Below, one piece after another: positions 26,483 to 29,921 of a DNA stretch of 29,921 nt. How positions within the stretch are numbered: position 1 is the first letter of the stretch; every line of letters starts with the position of its first letter. This DNA is from a virus (taxonomy: Duplodnaviria > Caudoviricetes). Made by a program: the position numbers and the translations under genes. The stretch spans positions 1-29,921 of IMG/VR virus record IMGVR_UViG_3300032320_000113. One strand, written 5' to 3'. A model generated the notes under the pieces. That model was given only the letters and a program-made list of their open reading frames with translations, made no database searches and was not told the origin of the DNA.

Positions 26483-26649
26483 TGTATTTCCTCCCAATAG
26501 GTTAATGGAACTTCTCTTGCTATCTTTATTGCAGTCATCGGACACTCGGCACTAAACACAATCCGATACTGCTTGCCATCGAATGTGTTTCGCACTTCAT
26601 GTAATACTTGCTTTGCGTTATCGTCTTGTTGAATACATCTAGCTATCAT
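26479..26649 (-). CDS. 56-aa hypothetical protein
   Basis: MIARCIQQDDNAKQVLHEVRNTFDGKQYRIVFSAECPMTAIKIAREVPLTYWEEIQ*; AAGGAGG SD; ATGA overlaps at both ends. Confidence 0.7.
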   Translation of the reverse strand: MIARCIQQDDNAKQVLHEVRNTFDGKQYRIVFSAECPMTAIKIAREVPLTYWEEIQ

Positions 26650-26801
26650 TCCAACACCTCCTTGATTAGTTTTTTAATTGCTTGTTCTAACTTACGCTTG
26701 GCTAATCTTTTAGCCAACGGCTTACCCCCACGATTACAACAACATCTACAGTTAATACCACCTGTGCCTACATCTGAGAATCTTTTATATATACTTTTCA
26801 T
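26646..26801 (-). CDS. 51-aa basic Cys-cluster microprotein
   Basis: MKSIYKRFSDVGTGGINCRCCCNRGGKPLAKRLAKRKLEQAIKKLIKEVLE*; AAGGAG SD. Confidence 0.7.
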   Translation of the reverse strand: MKSIYKRFSDVGTGGINCRCCCNRGGKPLAKRLAKRKLEQAIKKLIKEVLE

Positions 26802-26811
26802 CTACTTCTCC

Positions 26812-28086
26812 TTAGTCGTTGTTAAATATAACTTTCTTACCTGACGGAACTTCTAATGCATGATTCTGGGTAATCATCCACAGGGTTGGTGGAATGATAT
26901 TCCATTGGATGTTACCTTCTACATAACCATCAGTGAACACAAGAACACACTCAGCATTAATACGTTCCTTATTAATATACTTGCTGACGCAACCCACATG
27001 AGTACCCCCACCACCTAACGGCTTGAGCAATGAAGCTATGTCCTGATAGTTACCTTTGAAGACTTGCTCGCCATGGACTTGCGTATCCCACCACAAAACT
27101 CGTACCACCTCGGGAGAACACAACTCGCAAATAGAAGCCAGTTCTGTTGCAAACTCGGTAAGTTCCTTACCTCCAATAGAGCCTGACGTATCTATCGCCA
27201 CAACTACCTCGCCAATAGTCTCGTTCTCCATGCTTGGTAAATACAAGTCATTAGCCAACTGACGCTTGTTCAGCTTGCGCCAAGTAAACTCATCCTTACC
27301 TTTCACAGTAGATGAAACAAAGTCTCGCAACACCTCTCGCCAATCTATCTTCGGTTCAAGTAACTCGGTGATATGTCTTGGTACTTTTGCGCCCATTCTT
27401 CCAGCTAACATTCCACCCTCTCGTAGAGCCTTATCTATCTTATCGCTCAACTCCTTGGCATCTTCGTGGGATAACTCACTCGTACCTGACGTATCATGCT
27501 CGTCGCAGTCTTTCAACTTATACTTCTTACCATTGATAGTCACGGACGGTTCGCCATCTTCATCCATCTCGATATCACCTACACCTGAGCCGTCACCCTT
27601 GTCCTTGCCATTACCTTTACCCTTACCTTTGCAATGCTTCTTCAGATAGTTAAATACCTCACGCATAGACCAATTGTGGAATTGCTCATCATATAAAGCA
27701 CCGTCAGGTAACAACACGATTGGTTCTTTCGTGCTTGGTATCGTTCCAGTAATGTTCTTGATGATGTCATTCACAACAAAGTCGGCAGACATATTTGCCA
27801 ACATCGCTGACTCTTCCCACATATCTTTACCCCTTGGCAACTGCTTGAGTGCCACATGAAGATTCTCATGGAGGATAAGACCACGCAACTTCGGTTCCTC
27901 CTTGATACCTTCGATGTATGGTTTAGAATACCTCTTGTTGACGCCATCGGTGTAAGCCGTGAACTTCTTATCAATCACTTCGCTCACACCCATCAACATC
28001 ACACCCGAGTACAGCGCAGTCTCGGGATGTTTCATCAAGGCGACATGACCTTTCTTCAAACGTGTTTCTTGCTTATTAATTAACAT
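26812..28086 (-). CDS. DUF2201-type metallopeptidase-like domain plus VWA domain protein
   Basis: TAYTDG, ILHENLHVAL, ANMSADFVVN; MIDAS motifs AIDTSGSI, GGGTH, VFTDGY. Confidence 0.9.
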   Translation of the reverse strand: MLINKQETRLKKGHVALMKHPETALYSGVMLMGVSEVIDKKFTAYTDGVNKRYSKPYIEGIKEEPKLRGLILHENLHVALKQLPRGKDMWEESAMLANMSADFVVNDIIKNITGTIPSTKEPIVLLPDGALYDEQFHNWSMREVFNYLKKHCKGKGKGNGKDKGDGSGVGDIEMDEDGEPSVTINGKKYKLKDCDEHDTSGTSELSHEDAKELSDKIDKALREGGMLAGRMGAKVPRHITELLEPKIDWREVLRDFVSSTVKGKDEFTWRKLNKRQLANDLYLPSMENETIGEVVVAIDTSGSIGGKELTEFATELASICELCSPEVVRVLWWDTQVHGEQVFKGNYQDIASLLKPLGGGGTHVGCVSKYINKERINAECVLVFTDGYVEGNIQWNIIPPTLWMITQNHALEVPSGKKVIFNND

Positions 28087-28124
28087 AACTTCTCCTTATT
28101 TAAGATTCCACTAGACCGTGGAGG

Positions 28125-29201
28125 TTAGAACAACTCGTGATTGTTTCTTGCCCAATCAGTAATCTGTGCATTGTTCCTAGCCAACTTGATTGACTTCGGA
28201 GTGCGCATCATCATGGTAAAGAATACTGCTTGAACTTCTGAACTTGGAATACGACCAAGGAACTCCATGAACTTAGTCAACTCGTCTTGCGTCTCTAATG
28301 TATCTACTGCTTGAAAGATAATCATTAACTGCGCTGATATATCGTTTGGTACTGCTACAGTCTTAGGATTCTTAATGATATCTTTAACATCAGTAAGAGA
28401 TTTCTCCAACGATAGAAAGGCTGACATATCTCCGGCGGCTGACGCACCGATAGTACCAGCTAGAGCAACCATCAATGAGTTCTCAGTCATGAGGTCTCGG
28501 TTCTTGACGATAGCCTTGTCTGCTTTGGCTAACGAACGAGGAGACACAAACGAAAGACTTGTCATCTGTGGTTTAAAGATGTACGGATTATCTTCTTGAT
28601 TGCCATCGGTGTAACTTGCGAGACAACGAGGGAACATGGACACGAAAGCCCTAGTAACCCTAGAGATACCATTAGCTGATGCCCACTCTAGCCAATCGTT
28701 CGGGCTTGGTTTCGCCATGCGCATGAGACATACACGATTACCAGCGTGAGCCAACATCGTATCGCCCACCCCATCCGACGCATTGTTCGACGTACCGAAA
28801 ACTATGCTTCCACTTGGTAGTGGTACGTCACCTACCATTCGCTCCAACATCAGACGGGTAAAGATTACTTGCAACAACTTCGGAGACTTCATGAACTCGT
28901 CGAGTAAGATAATCTTAGGCTTTGGTGAGTCTAGCTTGAACAACGAGGACACATAATACTCCAACTGCTTACTCGCATGGTTCGGAATGGTCATACCGAT
29001 GTCAGACATATCCTTGACTGGACAGTCTACATAGATGTAGTCATACTTGTCGCCATGGTCTTGCTCCATCATAGCTAAGAGCGTGGTCTTACCACAACCG
29101 GGTTCACTCTGTATGATTGGCGTCAATTCTGTACCTATTAGGGGAATCAACCCACGCAACTCTTTGATAGATACTGTGCTTACAAAATTCAATTTACTCA
29201 T
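28125..29201 (-). CDS. MoxR-type AAA+ ATPase
   Basis: Walker A SEPGCGKT, Walker B ILLDEF, sensor 1 GTSN, Arg finger GNR, sensor 2 SPRS; adjacent to a VWA gene. Confidence 0.9.
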   Translation of the reverse strand: MSKLNFVSTVSIKELRGLIPLIGTELTPIIQSEPGCGKTTLLAMMEQDHGDKYDYIYVDCPVKDMSDIGMTIPNHASKQLEYYVSSLFKLDSPKPKIILLDEFMKSPKLLQVIFTRLMLERMVGDVPLPSGSIVFGTSNNASDGVGDTMLAHAGNRVCLMRMAKPSPNDWLEWASANGISRVTRAFVSMFPRCLASYTDGNQEDNPYIFKPQMTSLSFVSPRSLAKADKAIVKNRDLMTENSLMVALAGTIGASAAGDMSAFLSLEKSLTDVKDIIKNPKTVAVPNDISAQLMIIFQAVDTLETQDELTKFMEFLGRIPSSEVQAVFFTMMMRTPKSIKLARNNAQITDWARNNHELF

Positions 29202-29238
29202 TTTAATTCTCCTTGGTTTAACTACATTAATGGTTTAA

Positions 29239-29921
29239 CTACACACAACTAAATGAAGTGAACTTACTCAGGATGTCATCCACACCATCCTTCACCTCAT
29301 GACGAACTGCATCTGAATCTCGGATATCTTCTGAAGTCACACCCTCTAGCACAGTCTCTAGCGATGCCCTTGCTAACTCTAATCCTGAATCATTACTAGG
29401 ATTGAATCCTTTGTAGGTCTCGACATATTCCTTAGCCTTTTGGATTGTGCCTTCATAAATCTTGCGCTTCTTACTGACTACTTCGCCACTAGGCTTCTCA
29501 ACTTCGTCGTAACCACAACAATGGCTGATGCTATTCATTACCTCGATTAGCCTCTCTGCTTGTTCTTCGTGAATAGACTTGATGATGCTTTGCGCTTGAT
29601 TACTCAATGTATTAAAAAGGTCATCAGCGATGTCTTGCGCTATGCTACAGCGAAAGTCATTCATGGGAACTTCCGATACATATAACTGCAACCCGAACTT
29701 GGAACGCACTACGTCCTTGTGGGGATAATCAGCACGGTTAAACATTGTGCCTTGTTTGAAAGCCATATCCGACACTATCGAATCGTACTCGGTTATTAAT
29801 GCATCCACTAAGGTGTGGAACTCTGTTTCGTGGAACGCATACTCTTGCTTGAACTTCGGAACATCAACCGATGGCAACAAATTCTGCGACTGATTCCAAC
29901 GATAAGTCCGACGCTGAAGCC
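29239..29921 (-). CDS. DUF3150-like protein, 5'-truncated
   Basis: Frame is open to the window edge (LQRRTYRWNQSQNLLP...); GTMFNRADYP...VRSKF, DFR and IRDSDAVR motifs typical of the gene preceding phage AAA/VWA pairs. Confidence 0.6.
   Translation of the reverse strand, partial: LQRRTYRWNQSQNLLPSVDVPKFKQEYAFHETEFHTLVDALITEYDSIVSDMAFKQGTMFNRADYPHKDVVRSKFGLQLYVSEVPMNDFRCSIAQDIADDLFNTLSNQAQSIIKSIHEEQAERLIEVMNSISHCCGYDEVEKPSGEVVSKKRKIYEGTIQKAKEYVETYKGFNPSNDSGLELARASLETVLEGVTSEDIRDSDAVRHEVKDGVDDILSKFTSFSCV

Noticed and set aside
12873-29238. Plus-strand ORFs within the replication/early arm (e.g. 16611-17156, 27266-27649)
   Set aside because: Antisense to well-supported genes; composition typical of reverse-frame shadows.

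Overview
Segment of a tailed dsDNA phage genome (podovirus-like Caudoviricetes; the gene set suggests a Gram-negative host, which is inference). There are two convergent arms whose last genes share a TTAA stop at 11917-11920. The + arm (1-11920) is an internal-virion/DNA-ejection module in P22 gp14-gp7-gp20-gp16-like order: a GNAT-like gene, a 1177-aa Q/N-rich pilot-like protein and a 2458-aa polyvalent protein with an HExxH peptidase and an LPD38-like C-terminus. The - arm (11917-29921) holds replication and early genes: primase-DUF927 helicase, HTH, SSB-like, SNF2 helicase, HNH-like, Cas4-like exonuclease, sigma70-region-4-like, family A DNA polymerase (Leu762 type), DUF3310, VRR-NUC, many micro-ORFs and a DUF3150-like / MoxR-type AAA+ / DUF2201-VWA trio. 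The most striking observation is that the pilot protein has two different repeat arms (17 units of 5-6 aa and 17 units of 11 aa) whose unit types match one-to-one in mirror order around a central core, implying an antiparallel strand-on-helix hairpin about 28 nm long. Also notable are a 57-aa overprinted ORF with its own SD inside the giant gene, a shared AxGGIM motif across virion proteins, two structured intergenic RNA candidates and apparent strong GATC avoidance. Family assignments come from motif recognition, not database searches. No tRNA, rRNA, CRISPR array or integrase was seen.
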